Source: Oscillospiraceae bacterium (GTDB lineage: Bacteria; Bacillota; Clostridia; Oscillospirales; CAG-272). From it: a stretch of 64,000 nucleotides of DNA. The first letter of the stretch is position 1. Every line of letters starts with the position of its first letter. A model generated the notes under the pieces. It searched no databases. It saw only the letters and a list, made by a program, of their open reading frames with translations, and was not told the origin of the DNA. Both the position numbers and the translations under genes were made by a program. Location: positions 156 through 64,155 of the forward strand of contig SVTG01000008.1 of the NCBI GenBank assembly GCA_015063895.1, in the 5' to 3' direction. Shown here piece by piece: positions 1 to 10,157 of the stretch.

Positions 1-4
1 GATT

Positions 5-286
5 ATGAGCAGAAGTTCCAAAAAAGCGCCCTACGTCGAGGAGAAACTCTATACGCGTATTTGCGCTATGAACGAAAAGAATGAAAAGAAAGTCCTCAAG
101 ACCTGGTCCCGCGCATCCACCATTTACCCGGATTTCGTGGGTCACACCATTGCCGTTCACGATGGCAGAAAGCACGTGCCGGTATACGTCGTTGAGGATA
201 TGGTAGGTCACAAACTGGGTGAGTTCGCACCCACGCGTACGTTCAAAGGCCACGCCGGCTCCAAGACGTCCAACAACGGCAAATAA
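5..286 (+). CDS. rpsS: 30S ribosomal protein S19
   Basis: 93-aa ORF with the S19 core [17 protein letters not shown]...[11 protein letters not shown]. It opens the conserved S19-L22-S3-L16 gene order. Confidence 0.97.
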   Translation: MSRSSKKAPYVEEKLYTRICAMNEKNEKKVLKTWSRASTIYPDFVGHTIAVHDGRKHVPVYVVEDMVGHKLGEFAPTRTFKGHAGSKTSNNGK

Positions 287-300
287 GGGAGGATAAGTAA

Positions 301-636
301 ATGGAAGCAAGAGCATATCTGAAACATGCACGCATTTCTCCCCGTAAGGTTCAAATCGTTCTTGATCTGATCCGCGGCAAGGACGCAGGCGTAGCAATGG
401 GTATTCTCAAGACCACCCCCAAGGCGGCCTCCGAGTACCTCATCAAGCTGCTTGGCAGTGCGATCGCCAACGCAGAAAACAATTTCCACATGGATCCTTC
501 TCGTCTGTACGTCAGCGAGTGCTTTGTTTGCCAGGGCCCCACGATGAAACGCATCATGCCCCGCGCAAAGGGTAGCGCAGACCGTATCCTGAAGAGAACC
601 AGCCATGTTACCATGGTTGTGAAAGAAAGAGACTGA
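301..636 (+). CDS. rplV: 50S ribosomal protein L22
   Basis: 111 aa with [18 protein letters not shown], in the expected position after rpsS. Confidence 0.97.
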   Translation: MEARAYLKHARISPRKVQIVLDLIRGKDAGVAMGILKTTPKAASEYLIKLLGSAIANAENNFHMDPSRLYVSECFVCQGPTMKRIMPRAKGSADRILKRTSHVTMVVKERD

Positions 637-653
637 AGGAGGTTACAGCAAGA

Positions 654-1421
654 ATGGGTCAGAAAGTAAATCCCCACGGCCTTCGCGTGGGCGTAATTAA
701 AAACTGGGATTCGAGATGGTTCGTAAACGATCAGAAGTTCGGCGACACGCTCGTATCCGACTACCAGATTCGTAAATATCTGAAGACCGAGCTCCAAAAG
801 GCAGGCGTTCCCAAGATCGAGATCGAGCGCGACAGCCACAGAGTTCGCGTATTTATCCACTGCGCTAAGCCCGGTATGGTGATCGGTAAGGGCGGTGCCG
901 AGATCGACAAGTACAAGGCACAGCTTGAAAAGATGGTTGGCATGCCTGTGGCTCTCAACGTAGTTGAGGTGAAGTCCCCCGACCTCAATGCTCAGCTCGT
1001 TGCAGAGAACATTGCATCTCAGCTTGAGAACCGTGTGGCCTTCCGCCGCGCAATGAAGATGGCGATCCGCAATACCATGCGCCTTGGTGCAAAGGGTATC
1101 AAGATCAGCTGCGCCGGCCGCCTTGGCGGTGCAGAGATCGCTAAGACCGAGCATTATCATGAGGGTACGATCCCGCTTCAGACGCTTCGTGCAGACATCG
1201 AGTACGGTTTCTACGAAGCAAACACCACCTACGGCAAGATCGGTATCAAGGTATGGATCTACCGCGGTGAGGTGCTGAACGAGGTAAACCGTCCCGCAGC
1301 AGAGCACCGTGAGCGTCGTGAGCGTCGCGGCGACCGCGGCGACCGTCGCGGTGGTGACCGTCGTCAGGGCGGCAACCGCGGTGGCGAGCGCAGAGCACCC
1401 AGACAAGGAGGCACGAAGTAA
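654..1421 (+). CDS. rpsC: 30S ribosomal protein S3 with a C-terminal Arg/Gly-rich tail
   Basis: [12 protein letters not shown] start, KH and S3-C blocks ([12 protein letters not shown]). 255 aa including a low-complexity tail of about 45 aa. Confidence 0.97.
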   Translation: MGQKVNPHGLRVGVIKNWDSRWFVNDQKFGDTLVSDYQIRKYLKTELQKAGVPKIEIERDSHRVRVFIHCAKPGMVIGKGGAEIDKYKAQLEKMVGMPVALNVVEVKSPDLNAQLVAENIASQLENRVAFRRAMKMAIRNTMRLGAKGIKISCAGRLGGAEIAKTEHYHEGTIPLQTLRADIEYGFYEANTTYGKIGIKVWIYRGEVLNEVNRPAAEHRERRERRGDRGDRRGGDRRQGGNRGGERRAPRQGGTK

Positions 1422-1423
1422 TT

Positions 1424-1837
1424 ATGTTGATGCCTAAGAGAGTCAAATTCCGTCGTGTACAGCGCGGCCGCCTGAAGGGCAAGGCCATGCGCGGCAACAC
1501 GCTTTCCAACGGTTCCTACGGCCTTGTTGCCACCGAGCCCGCTTGGATCACCAGCAACCAGATCGAGGCTGCCCGTATCGCTATGACGCGTTACATTAAG
1601 CGTGGCGGTCAGGTTTGGATCAAGATTTTCCCCGACAAGCCCATCACCGAGAAGCCCGCTGAGACCCGAATGGGTTCCGGTAAGGGTTCTCCCGAGTACT
1701 GGGTAGCCGTTGTTAAGCCCGGCAGAATCATGTTCGAGATGGACGGCGTTGCCGAGGACGTAGCAAGAGAAGCAATGCGTCTTGCAGGCCATAAGCTGCC
1801 TATCAAGACCAAGTTCATCATGAAAGAGGAGGGTTAA
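1424..1837 (+). CDS. rplP: 50S ribosomal protein L16
   Basis: [19 protein letters not shown] start, 137 aa, conserved gene order. Confidence 0.97.
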   Translation: MLMPKRVKFRRVQRGRLKGKAMRGNTLSNGSYGLVATEPAWITSNQIEAARIAMTRYIKRGGQVWIKIFPDKPITEKPAETRMGSGKGSPEYWVAVVKPGRIMFEMDGVAEDVAREAMRLAGHKLPIKTKFIMKEEG

Positions 1838-1840
1838 GCA

Positions 1841-2029
1841 ATGAAGGCAGCAGAACTTACTAAGCTCAGTGTCGAAGAGCTTAACGCTAAGCTCAAGGAA
1901 CTCAAGGGCGAGCTTTTCAACCTCCGCTTCCAGCACGCGATCAACCAGCTTGAGAATCCTCACAAGATTGCGGACGTCAAGCGTGATATTGCTCGCGTGA
2001 TGACCGTTCTTAACCAGAAGAACGCATAA
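1841..2029 (+). CDS. rpmC: 50S ribosomal protein L29
   Basis: 62 aa with ELFNLRFQHAINQLENPHK, conserved gene order. Confidence 0.95.
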   Translation: MKAAELTKLSVEELNAKLKELKGELFNLRFQHAINQLENPHKIADVKRDIARVMTVLNQKNA

Positions 2030-2043
2030 GGAGGAGATAGGCA

Positions 2044-2301
2044 ATGACTGAAAGAGCTCTGAGAAAAACGAGAGTTGGCATGGTTGTCAGCACCAAGATG
2101 GATAAGACCGTTGTGGTTGCGATCGAGGACAACGTAAAGCACCCCGTTTACAGCAAAATTATCAAGCGCACGCTGAAGGTGCACGCACACGACGAAAACA
2201 ACGAGTGCGGCGTAGGCGACCGCGTAGAGGTTATGGAGACCCGTCCCTTGTCCAAGACCAAGAGATGGCGCGTAACCGAGATCATCGAGAAGGCGAAATA
2301 A
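2044..2301 (+). CDS. rpsQ: 30S ribosomal protein S17
   Basis: 85 aa with [19 protein letters not shown]...[13 protein letters not shown]. Confidence 0.95.
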   Translation: MTERALRKTRVGMVVSTKMDKTVVVAIEDNVKHPVYSKIIKRTLKVHAHDENNECGVGDRVEVMETRPLSKTKRWRVTEIIEKAK

Positions 2302-2376
2302 TTTCGCTTCACACACAACAAGAATTCTAACAGTAGGTACGTCGTAGCGTACCGAAGCAAGTAGGAGGAAAGAAAA

Positions 2377-2745
2377 GTGATTCAGCAACAAACGTTGATG
2401 AAGGTTGCCGATAACACGGGCGCAAAGGAATTGATGTGCATTCGTGTGCTCGGTGGCTCGGGCCGCCGTTACGCCAACATTGGCGACGTAGTGGTTGCAG
2501 CTGTTAAGAAGGCTGCTCCCGGTGGCGTAGTAAAGAAGGGCGAGGTCGTTAAGGCTGTCGTGGTAAGAAGCGTACACGGCTTGAAGCGTGCAGACGGTTC
2601 TTACATTAAGTTTGACGAGAACGCCGCAGTAATCATCAGAGAAGACAAGACGCCTAAGGGCACCCGTATTTTTGGCCCGGTGGCACGTGAGCTCCGCGAT
2701 AAGGATTATCTCAAGATCCTGTCCCTGGCTCCCGAAGTACTGTAA
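2377..2745 (+). CDS. rplN: 50S ribosomal protein L14
   Basis: GTG start behind [24 protein letters not shown], 122 aa. Confidence 0.97.
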   Translation: MIQQQTLMKVADNTGAKELMCIRVLGGSGRRYANIGDVVVAAVKKAAPGGVVKKGEVVKAVVVRSVHGLKRADGSYIKFDENAAVIIREDKTPKGTRIFGPVARELRDKDYLKILSLAPEVL

Positions 2746-2762
2746 TGGAGGTAACTGGTAAA

Positions 2763-3077
2763 ATGGCAAAGCTTCATATTAAGACCGGTGACACCGTTAT
2801 CATTCTCTCCGGTGATGACAAGGGTGTAAAGGGCGAGGTTATCGCCGTTTCTCCCGAAGAGAAAAAGGTTATTGTGAAGGGTGCAAACATCATTCACAAG
2901 CATGTAAAGCCCCGCCGTCAGGGTGAGACCGGCGGTGTGATCGACGCCGAGGGTGCGATCTACGCCAGCAAGGTTGCTCTGTTCTGCGAGAAATGCGGTA
3001 AGGGCGTTCGCTCCAAGATCGAGGTAGTGGACGGCCAGAAGACCCGCGTATGCGCCAAGTGCGGCGCAAAGCTGTGA
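2763..3077 (+). CDS. rplX: 50S ribosomal protein L24 with CxxC...CxxC in the C-terminal hairpin
   Basis: KOW motif GDTVIILSGDDKGVKGEV. Start moved to ATG 2763, behind GGAGG, instead of the ORF-track start at 2745. 104 aa. Confidence 0.93.
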   Translation: MAKLHIKTGDTVIILSGDDKGVKGEVIAVSPEEKKVIVKGANIIHKHVKPRRQGETGGVIDAEGAIYASKVALFCEKCGKGVRSKIEVVDGQKTRVCAKCGAKL

Positions 3078-3093
3078 GAGGAGGTAGCGTAAA

Positions 3094-3633
3094 ATGCCTA
3101 GATTGAAAGATATGTACAATGAGCAGGTTGCGCCCGCCCTCATGAAAAAGTTCGAGTATTCAAGCGTGATGCAGATCCCGAGATTTGATAAGATCGTGAT
3201 CAACATCGGCGCAGGTGATGCAAAGGATAACTCCAAGGTTATCGACAACATCATCAATGACCTGACGATCATCGCAGGTCAGAAGGCAGTACCCACCGTT
3301 GCTAAGAAGTCCGTTGCAAACTTCAAGCTCCGTCAGGGCATGAAGATCGGTGCAAAGGTAACGCTTCGCGGCAACCGTATGTACGAGTTTATGGATCGTT
3401 TGTTCAACTTCGCTCTGCCCCGTGTGCGTGACTTCAAGGGTATCAACCCCAACGCATTTGACGGCCGCGGCAACTACTCTCTCGGCCTCAAAGAGCAGCT
3501 GATCTTCCCCGAAATCGAGTACGACAAGGTTGAAAAGATTCGCGGTATGGACATCTGCTTCGTTACCACCGCACAAACCGATGCAGAGGCAAGAGAGCTG
3601 CTCCGTCTGATGGGCGCTCCCTTCGCACAATAA
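3094..3633 (+). CDS. rplE: 50S ribosomal protein L5
   Basis: 179 aa with [12 protein letters not shown]...[18 protein letters not shown], conserved gene order. Confidence 0.97.
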   Translation: MPRLKDMYNEQVAPALMKKFEYSSVMQIPRFDKIVINIGAGDAKDNSKVIDNIINDLTIIAGQKAVPTVAKKSVANFKLRQGMKIGAKVTLRGNRMYEFMDRLFNFALPRVRDFKGINPNAFDGRGNYSLGLKEQLIFPEIEYDKVEKIRGMDICFVTTAQTDAEARELLRLMGAPFAQ

Positions 3634-3648
3634 TGGAGGTAATCGAAA

Positions 3649-3834
3649 ATGGCAAAGAAATCCATGATTCTTAAGCAGCAAAAGGAGCAGAAGTTCTCCA
3701 CGCGCGTTTACACCAGATGCAAGATCTGCGGCCGTCCCCACTCTTACATGCGTAAGTTCGGTATCTGCCGTATCTGCTTCCGCAACCTTGCCTACAAGGG
3801 TGAGATTCCGGGCGTAAAGAAGGCTTCCTGGTAA
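3649..3834 (+). CDS. rpsN: 30S ribosomal protein S14, type Z (zinc-binding, 61 aa)
   Basis: [22 protein letters not shown] zinc ribbon. The 61-aa short form is typical of Firmicutes. Confidence 0.95.
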   Translation: MAKKSMILKQQKEQKFSTRVYTRCKICGRPHSYMRKFGICRICFRNLAYKGEIPGVKKASW

Positions 3835-4019
3835 AAAAAGTTTCTTTCCGTGGCTTGCTCGCAAGGGCAAGCACGGCAGAATAAAAACCCCCAACATTCG
3901 GTAGGAAATCAGACCCACCCTTCAAATCAGTAAGGGAGTTCGATTTAACCCCCGATTGGCCGCCAACCTCGCGGTTGGCAGCAAGAAAAAATGTACTTGC
4001 ATAAAGGAGGATTATTACT

Positions 4020-4418
4020 ATGCAAATGTCTGACGTTATTGCCGATATGCTCACACGCATCCGCAACGCAAGCGACGCAAAGCACGCTACCGTTGACGTT
4101 CCGGCATCCAACATGAAGAAATCCATCGCTGACATTCTTGTCGCTGAGGGCTACGTTAAGGGCTATCAGGTGATCGAGGATGGCAAGCAGGGCACCATTC
4201 GCGTAACTCTGAAGTACGCTGCCGGCAAGCAGAAGGTTATCCGCGGTCTTCGCCGCGTATCCAAGCCCGGTCTTCGTATCTACGCAGGCTACGAGGATAT
4301 GCCCAAGGTTATGAACGGCCTTGGCATCGCTATCGTGTCCACCTCTAAGGGTCTCATGACCGACAAGAAGGCTCGTGAGATGAAAATCGGCGGCGAAGTT
4401 CTCGCCTTCGTTTGGTAA
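4020..4418 (+). CDS. rpsH: 30S ribosomal protein S8
   Basis: 132 aa with [14 protein letters not shown]...GGEVLAFVW. Confidence 0.97.
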   Translation: MQMSDVIADMLTRIRNASDAKHATVDVPASNMKKSIADILVAEGYVKGYQVIEDGKQGTIRVTLKYAAGKQKVIRGLRRVSKPGLRIYAGYEDMPKVMNGLGIAIVSTSKGLMTDKKAREMKIGGEVLAFVW

Positions 4419-4432
4419 GGGAGGTACGAAAG

Positions 4433-4993
4433 ATGTCTAGAATTGGTAGAATGCCCGTTGTCATTCCCGCAGGTGTTACCGTTACCGTGGGTGAGGGCAA
4501 CCTCGTTACCGTAAAGGGCCCCCTTGGCACCCTTTGTGAGAAATTTGACGCTGCTCTTACGATCAAGGTTGAGGGCAACGAAGCCGTTGTAACCCGTCCT
4601 AACGACGAAAAAGAGGTTCGTAGCCTGCACGGCCTTACCCGTGCATTGCTCAACAACATGGTTGTTGGCGTAACCAAGGGCTACAGCAAGACCCTTGAGA
4701 TCGTGGGCGTCGGCTACAAGGTAGTAAAGCAGGGCAAAACTCTGCAGCTTTTCCTTGGTCAGTCCCTGGTAAAGGGTCTGCCCCAGGCTTCCCTTCAGGT
4801 AAGCGAGCCTGACGGCATCACCTTTGAGGTACCCAACCCCAACACGATCGTTGTCAAGGGTATCAACAAGCAGGAAGTTGGCCAGATCGCAGCTGTTATC
4901 CGCAGCAAGCGTCCGCCCGAGCCTTACCATGGCAAGGGTGTTAAGTATAGCGATGAGCACATTCGCCGCAAGGCCGGTAAAGCCGGTAAATAA
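4433..4993 (+). CDS. rplF: 50S ribosomal protein L6
   Basis: MSRIGRMPVVIPAGVTV. Start set at ATG 4433 behind GGGAGG; the ORF-track start at 4412 overlaps rpsH. Confidence 0.95.
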   Translation: MSRIGRMPVVIPAGVTVTVGEGNLVTVKGPLGTLCEKFDAALTIKVEGNEAVVTRPNDEKEVRSLHGLTRALLNNMVVGVTKGYSKTLEIVGVGYKVVKQGKTLQLFLGQSLVKGLPQASLQVSEPDGITFEVPNPNTIVVKGINKQEVGQIAAVIRSKRPPEPYHGKGVKYSDEHIRRKAGKAGK

Positions 4994-5011
4994 TGAAAGG
5001 AGTGGAGTAAA

Positions 5012-5371
5012 ATGGTATCGAGAAAAGACAGCAATCAGGCTCGCCTTAAGAGACATAAGAGAGTCAGAGCAAAGATCTCCGGCACGGCAGACCGTCCCCG
5101 TCTTTGCGTATATCGCTCGAATGCGCATATCAGCGCTCAGATCATCGATGACGTGGCAGGCGTTACGCTTGTTTCCGCTTCTACTCTGGAGAAGGCGTTT
5201 GAGGGCATCGGCAGCAACAAGGCAGCTGCTCGCGTAGTTGGCAAGAACATTGCCGAGCGCGCAACTGCAAAGGGTATTACTGAAGTCGTATTCGACCGTG
5301 GCGGCTATCTTTATCACGGACGTGTATCGGAATTGGCTGAAGGCGCTCGCGAGGGCGGCCTGAAGTTCTAA
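5012..5371 (+). CDS. rplR: 50S ribosomal protein L18
   Basis: 119 aa with [26 protein letters not shown]...[12 protein letters not shown]. Confidence 0.95.
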   Translation: MVSRKDSNQARLKRHKRVRAKISGTADRPRLCVYRSNAHISAQIIDDVAGVTLVSASTLEKAFEGIGSNKAAARVVGKNIAERATAKGITEVVFDRGGYLYHGRVSELAEGAREGGLKF

Positions 5372-5425
5372 GGTCCGGTTTGTACACTGCTTAACGACCG
5401 TTAAGTAAATTTTAGGAGGAATAAC

Positions 5426-5929
5426 ATGGCTTACAACAGAAATCCTGGTGAGCAGGAATTTAAAGAGCAGCTGATTGCGCTCAACCGTGTTTCCAAGACC
5501 GTAAAAGGTGGTCGTATCGCCCGCTTTGCCGCTATCATGGCAGTAGGCGACGGCAAGGGCCGCATCGGCGTTGGTCTTGGTAAGGCAGCTGAGGTACCGG
5601 AAGCAATTCGCAAGGGTATCGAGGATGCAAAGAAGAATATGATTACCGTTTCCCTGAAGGGAACCACCATTCCTCACGAGGTTATCGGCGAGTTTGGTGC
5701 AGGCAAGGTGCTTCTGAAGCCCGCCGCACCCGGTACCGGTATCATCGCAGGTGGCGGCGTTCGTTTCGTGCTTGAGCTTGCAGGTATCAAGAATATCCGT
5801 GCAAAGTGCTTGCGCTCCAACAACCCCGCTAACGTGGTCAAGGCAACCGTTGAGGGCCTGAAGGCTCTCCGCACCGCTGAAGAAGTTGCGAAGATTCGCG
5901 ACATCGATGTAGCGCAGATCAAAGGTTAA
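5426..5929 (+). CDS. rpsE: 30S ribosomal protein S5
   Basis: 167 aa with [36 protein letters not shown]. Confidence 0.97.
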   Translation: MAYNRNPGEQEFKEQLIALNRVSKTVKGGRIARFAAIMAVGDGKGRIGVGLGKAAEVPEAIRKGIEDAKKNMITVSLKGTTIPHEVIGEFGAGKVLLKPAAPGTGIIAGGGVRFVLELAGIKNIRAKCLRSNNPANVVKATVEGLKALRTAEEVAKIRDIDVAQIKG

Positions 5930-5941
5930 GGAGGGTTCACC

Positions 5942-6115
5942 ATGAAGAAAGTAACTCTCGTAAAGAGCACCATCGGTGCAAAGCCCCAGCAGAAGGCAAC
6001 CGCTAAGTCTCTCGGGCTTAACAAAATCGGCGATTTCATCATTCATGAGGATAACGCCACCCTGGCCGGCAAGGTAAAGGTTATTTCCCACCTTGTTAAG
6101 GTTGAAAACGCGTGA
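5942..6115 (+). CDS. rpmD: 50S ribosomal protein L30
   Basis: 57-aa ORF, below the ORF-track cutoff, read by hand: [30 protein letters not shown]... It lies behind GGAGGG in the canonical slot between rpsE and rplO. Confidence 0.85.
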   Translation: MKKVTLVKSTIGAKPQQKATAKSLGLNKIGDFIIHEDNATLAGKVKVISHLVKVENA

Positions 6116-6129
6116 AGGAGGTAGGCGAA

Positions 6130-6573
6130 ATGAAACTTCATGAACTGAAACCCGCTGAGGGCTCCGCTAAGGCTGCTTGGCGTAAGGGCCGCGGCGCAGG
6201 CTCCGGCAACGGCAAGACCGCAGGTAAGGGTCACAAGGGTCAGAACGCTCGTTCGGGCGGCGGTGTACGTCCCGGCTTCGAGGGCGGCCAGCTTCCCCTT
6301 TACCGTAAGCTTCCCAAGCGCGGCTTTAACAATTACAGATTTGCTAAGGTTTACGCTATCGTAAACGTGGCTGCACTTAACGTATTTGAGGACGGTGCAG
6401 TTGTTGATCTTGAGGCTTTGCTTGCGAAGAAGATCATTCGCAAGGCAAACGACGGTCTGAAGGTTCTCGGCAACGGTGAGTTGACCAAGAAATTAACCGT
6501 TAAAGCATCCGTCTTTTCCGCAACCGCGAAAGAAAAGATTGAAGCAGTAGGTGGAAAGACCGAGGAGGTATAA
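6130..6573 (+). CDS. rplO: 50S ribosomal protein L15
   Basis: [12 protein letters not shown]...[19 protein letters not shown]. Start at ATG 6130 behind AAGGAGG. Confidence 0.93.
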   Translation: MKLHELKPAEGSAKAAWRKGRGAGSGNGKTAGKGHKGQNARSGGGVRPGFEGGQLPLYRKLPKRGFNNYRFAKVYAIVNVAALNVFEDGAVVDLEALLAKKIIRKANDGLKVLGNGELTKKLTVKASVFSATAKEKIEAVGGKTEEV

Positions 6574-6575
6574 GG

Positions 6576-7907
6576 ATGTTTAAGACGTTAAAGAACGCGT
6601 GGAAGACACCGGAACTCCAAAAGAAGATGCTCTTCACATTGTTTATCGTCCTCCTTTATCGCCTTGGTGCTTGTATTTGTGTCCCGTACGTCAGTGCAGA
6701 CATTTCTACCTCGTTTGAGAGCCTTTACGGCTCCACCGTGCTTGGCCTGATGAGCATTCTGTCGGGCGGTGCTATGCAGTATGCAACACTGTTCGCCTTG
6801 TCCGTCAGCCCTTATATCACGGCCTCCATCGTGATCCAGCTCCTCACCATTGCGATCCCCGCACTTGAGCGCTGGGCAAAGGATGGTGCAAACGGCCAAA
6901 AGAAGATCGCAGCCCTTACGCGCTACGTCACCATTGCATTGGCAGTTGTGACCAGCTACGGCTACAGCATGCTGCTGAAGAGCCAGGGCTGGCTCGTAAA
7001 GAGTGACTGGTTTGCTATGCTTGTCATCAACGCCGCCTTCTGCGCAGGTGCCGCACTCGTTATGTGGCTGGCTGAGCTGGTAAATGAAAAGGGCATCGGT
7101 AACGGTATTTCCATTATCCTGTTTGCCAACATCATTTCCCGTCTGCCCAGCATGGGTGTGTCGCTGTGGAACGGCGTGATCATGAACGGTATTTATCACT
7201 GGGCTATCGGCGTGCTGATCGCTATCGGTGTACTTGCCGTTGTTGTGGCAACCGTTGGGTTCGTGGTTTGGGTAACCAACTCCGAGCGCCGCATTCCGAT
7301 CCAGTACGCCAAGCGCGTGGTTGGTCGTAAAATGTACGGCGGTCAGGCCACCAATCTGCCCATCAAGCTGAATATGACGGGCGTTATGCCGATCATCTTT
7401 GCAAGCTCCATCGTGTCTATCCCCGCAACTATTAGCGAGTTTATTTCAAACGAAGAAAACGGCTTTAAGCAATTTATCAAAAGCTTTTTCGCTCCCACGA
7501 CCTGGCCCTACCTGGTTGTATTTTTGCTTCTGATTATCGCTTTCTCTTACTTCTACGTACTGATCTCCTTCAACCCCGTAGAGGTAGCGAATAATATTGC
7601 ACAAAACGGCGGTTCCGTGCGCGGCATGCGTCCCGGCCGTCCCACCGTGCAGTATATTCAGAAGATCCTCAAGCGCGTGACTCTCATCGGTGCATTCTTC
7701 CTTTGCATCGTGGCAGGTGCTCCTATGCTTGTTTCGGTGGTAACCACCGCGCTCAAGACCCTGAATCCCACGATGGTTATGCCCGATTTCAGCATTCTGA
7801 CCTTCGGCGGCTCCTCGCTGCTGATCGTGGTCGGTGTTGCACTTGAGACCGTACGTGATCTTGAAGCACAGCTCAGCCTGCGCGCAAGCAAGGGCTTCCT
7901 TGGCTGA
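6576..7907 (+). CDS. secY: preprotein translocase subunit SecY
   Basis: 443-aa polytopic membrane protein at the conserved position after rplO. Contains GISPYITASIV-like SVSPYITASIVIQLL. Confidence 0.97.
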   Translation: MFKTLKNAWKTPELQKKMLFTLFIVLLYRLGACICVPYVSADISTSFESLYGSTVLGLMSILSGGAMQYATLFALSVSPYITASIVIQLLTIAIPALERWAKDGANGQKKIAALTRYVTIALAVVTSYGYSMLLKSQGWLVKSDWFAMLVINAAFCAGAALVMWLAELVNEKGIGNGISIILFANIISRLPSMGVSLWNGVIMNGIYHWAIGVLIAIGVLAVVVATVGFVVWVTNSERRIPIQYAKRVVGRKMYGGQATNLPIKLNMTGVMPIIFASSIVSIPATISEFISNEENGFKQFIKSFFAPTTWPYLVVFLLLIIAFSYFYVLISFNPVEVANNIAQNGGSVRGMRPGRPTVQYIQKILKRVTLIGAFFLCIVAGAPMLVSVVTTALKTLNPTMVMPDFSILTFGGSSLLIVVGVALETVRDLEAQLSLRASKGFLG

Positions 7908-7937
7908 TATTGCTCCCGCATTTTTACGGAGGAACCT

Positions 7938-8570
7938 ATGAACTTGATTCTGATGGGGGCTCCGGGTGCCGGTAAGGGCACCCAGTCCGAAAAGATTTCA
8001 GAAAAATGGAACATTCCCTCAATTTCCACGGGCGACATTCTGCGTGCCGCCATCAAGGCAGGTACTGCGCTCGGTCAAACGGCAAAGTCCTACATTGACG
8101 ACGGCAAGCTGGTGCCCGACGAAATTGTGATTGGTATCATCAAGGAATATCTGACATCCGATGCCTGCAAGAACGGTTTCATTCTTGACGGCTTTCCGCG
8201 TTCGATCCCTCAGGCTGAGGCACTCGAGGCGATGGGTGTTAAAATCGATGCCGTCCTCACCATTGAGGTGGCTGACGAAACCATTGTACAACGCATGTCC
8301 GGACGTCGCGTATGCGCGTGCGGAGCATCTTACCATGTGCTTTACAAGCCCTCCCAAAAGGAAGGTATTTGCGACAAATGCGGTGCCGCGCTTTACATTC
8401 GTAAGGACGACGCACCCGAAACGGTAACCAAGCGTCTTGAGACCTACCACACGCAGACCGAGCCGCTGAAGGCGTTTTACGCCGACAAGGGCCTGCTGCT
8501 GACGGTACAGGGTCAAGAGGAGGTTGCCGACACCACGCGCCTCGTATTCGAAGCGCTTTCACGACTTTGA
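7938..8570 (+). CDS. adk: adenylate kinase with a Cys-containing lid
   Basis: P-loop GAPGAGKGTQ, LID segment with 4 Cys, 210 aa. Confidence 0.97.
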   Translation: MNLILMGAPGAGKGTQSEKISEKWNIPSISTGDILRAAIKAGTALGQTAKSYIDDGKLVPDEIVIGIIKEYLTSDACKNGFILDGFPRSIPQAEALEAMGVKIDAVLTIEVADETIVQRMSGRRVCACGASYHVLYKPSQKEGICDKCGAALYIRKDDAPETVTKRLETYHTQTEPLKAFYADKGLLLTVQGQEEVADTTRLVFEALSRL

Positions 8571-8571
8571 T

Positions 8572-9333
8572 ATGATACAGATCAAAAACTCCCAGCAAAT
8601 TGCGCTCATGCGCGAGGCGGGGCGTATCACGGGTGAAGCCTTGCTCGTAGCACGCGAGCATATCCGTGAGGGTGTGAGCACCAAGCAACTCGATACGCTG
8701 ATCCGTCAGCATATCGAGGGGCGCGGTGCCAAGCCCTCGTTCCTCGGACTCTACGGCTTTCCCGGTTCTGCGTGTATCAGCATCAACGACGAGGTCATTC
8801 ACGGTATTCCGTCCGACAAGCGCATTTTGCGCGAGGGCGATATCGTAAAGATCGACGTTGGCGCCTGTTATAAGGGCTTTCACGGCGACAGCGCACGCAC
8901 CTTTGCGGTGGGGCGCGTCAGTGAGGAGGCAGCAAGACTGATTGCCGCCACAAAGGAAAGCTTTTATCGGGGTATGGCTGCCGTCAAAGCAGGGAACCGT
9001 ATCGGCGATATCGGCTACGCCATTGATTCTTACGTGCGCGAGCAGGGCTTCAGTGCCGTGCGCAAGTACGTGGGACACGGCGTGGGACGTGAGGTGCACG
9101 AGTCACCTGACGTACCGAATTACGGCACGCCCGGTCGCGGTCCTCGCTTGTGCGAGGGCATGGTGATCGCCATTGAGCCAATGATCAATCAGGGCTCGTT
9201 TGAGGTGCGACAGCTTTCCGACGGTTGGACAGTAAAAACCATCGACGGCAAGCTTTCCGCTCATTATGAAAACACCGTGGCAGTAACGTCTGACGGTGTC
9301 ATCAATCTGACAGAAGTCGAAATTGGCGAATAA
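8572..9333 (+). CDS. map: type I methionine aminopeptidase
   Basis: MIQIKNSQQIALMREAG...HGIP...DIVKIDVG...VGHGVGREVHE. Start moved to ATG 8572, directly after the adk stop. Confidence 0.95.
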   Translation: MIQIKNSQQIALMREAGRITGEALLVAREHIREGVSTKQLDTLIRQHIEGRGAKPSFLGLYGFPGSACISINDEVIHGIPSDKRILREGDIVKIDVGACYKGFHGDSARTFAVGRVSEEAARLIAATKESFYRGMAAVKAGNRIGDIGYAIDSYVREQGFSAVRKYVGHGVGREVHESPDVPNYGTPGRGPRLCEGMVIAIEPMINQGSFEVRQLSDGWTVKTIDGKLSAHYENTVAVTSDGVINLTEVEIGE

Positions 9334-9364
9334 TCGTAAATACTGACAAACAGGAGAACTATTC

Positions 9365-9583
9365 ATGGCTAAAGATGATGTAATTGAATTTGAGGGTACG
9401 GTCGTTGAGGCGCTGCCCAATGCCACCTTCAAAGTAAAATTGCCGAACGGTCATATCGTGACCGCGCACATTTCCGGCAAGCTGCGTATGAACTATATCC
9501 GTATTCTGCCCGGTGACCGCGTGACCATTGAGGTGTCTGTGTACGACCTCACCAAGGGGCGCATTACCTGGCGTGCAAAATGA
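9365..9583 (+). CDS. infA: translation initiation factor IF-1
   Basis: 72 aa with [24 protein letters not shown]...[16 protein letters not shown]. Confidence 0.97.
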   Translation: MAKDDVIEFEGTVVEALPNATFKVKLPNGHIVTAHISGKLRMNYIRILPGDRVTIEVSVYDLTKGRITWRAK

Positions 9584-9626
9584 TTCTTTGAATCAAACAT
9601 TTTAGATGAAAGGAATGGTGTGACAA

Positions 9627-9740
9627 ATGAAAGTAAAGCCTTCCGTTAAAAAGATCTGCGAAAAGTGCAAGATTATCAAAAGAAAGGGCCACGTAATGGT
9701 CATCTGCGAGAATCCCAAGCACAAGCAGAGACAGGGCTAA
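9627..9740 (+). CDS. rpmJ: 50S ribosomal protein L36
   Basis: 37-aa ORF read by hand: [37 protein letters not shown]. It sits in the canonical slot between infA and rpsM. Confidence 0.9.
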   Translation: MKVKPSVKKICEKCKIIKRKGHVMVICENPKHKQRQG

Positions 9741-9770
9741 TCCCCACACTGAAGAAAGAGGTAAATAATT

Positions 9771-10139
9771 ATGGCTCGTATTGCAGGTGTTGATATTCCC
9801 AATCAAAAGAGAGTGGAAATTGCACTTACCTATATCTACGGCATCGGCCGCAAGAGCGCAAACGACATCCTTGCCAAGACCGGTATCAATCCCGATACCC
9901 GTGCAAAGGACCTCACCGAGGAAGAAGTTGCTAAGCTGCGTGATGAGATCGAAAGCTCTTACGCTGTAGAGGGCGACCTTCGTCGTGATACGGCTCTGAA
10001 CATCAAGCGTCTGGTTGAGATCAACTGCTACCGCGGTATCCGTCACAGAAAGGGTCTGCCGGTAAGAGGTCAGAGAACGAAGACCAACGCGAGAACCCGC
10101 AAAGGTCCCGCTAAGACCATTGCAAACAAGAAGAAGTAA
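9771..10139 (+). CDS. rpsM: 30S ribosomal protein S13
   Basis: [26 protein letters not shown], 122 aa. Confidence 0.97.
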   Translation: MARIAGVDIPNQKRVEIALTYIYGIGRKSANDILAKTGINPDTRAKDLTEEEVAKLRDEIESSYAVEGDLRRDTALNIKRLVEINCYRGIRHRKGLPVRGQRTKTNARTRKGPAKTIANKKK

Positions 10140-10157
10140 TAAAGGAGTGGCATAACA

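Noticed and set aside
8320-8400. The adenylate kinase lid has C-x-C...C-x-x-C instead of the usual C-x-x-C...C-x-x-C.
   Set aside because: This is probably normal lineage variation of the zinc lid. A one-residue difference, read without an alignment, is not enough to call it unusual.
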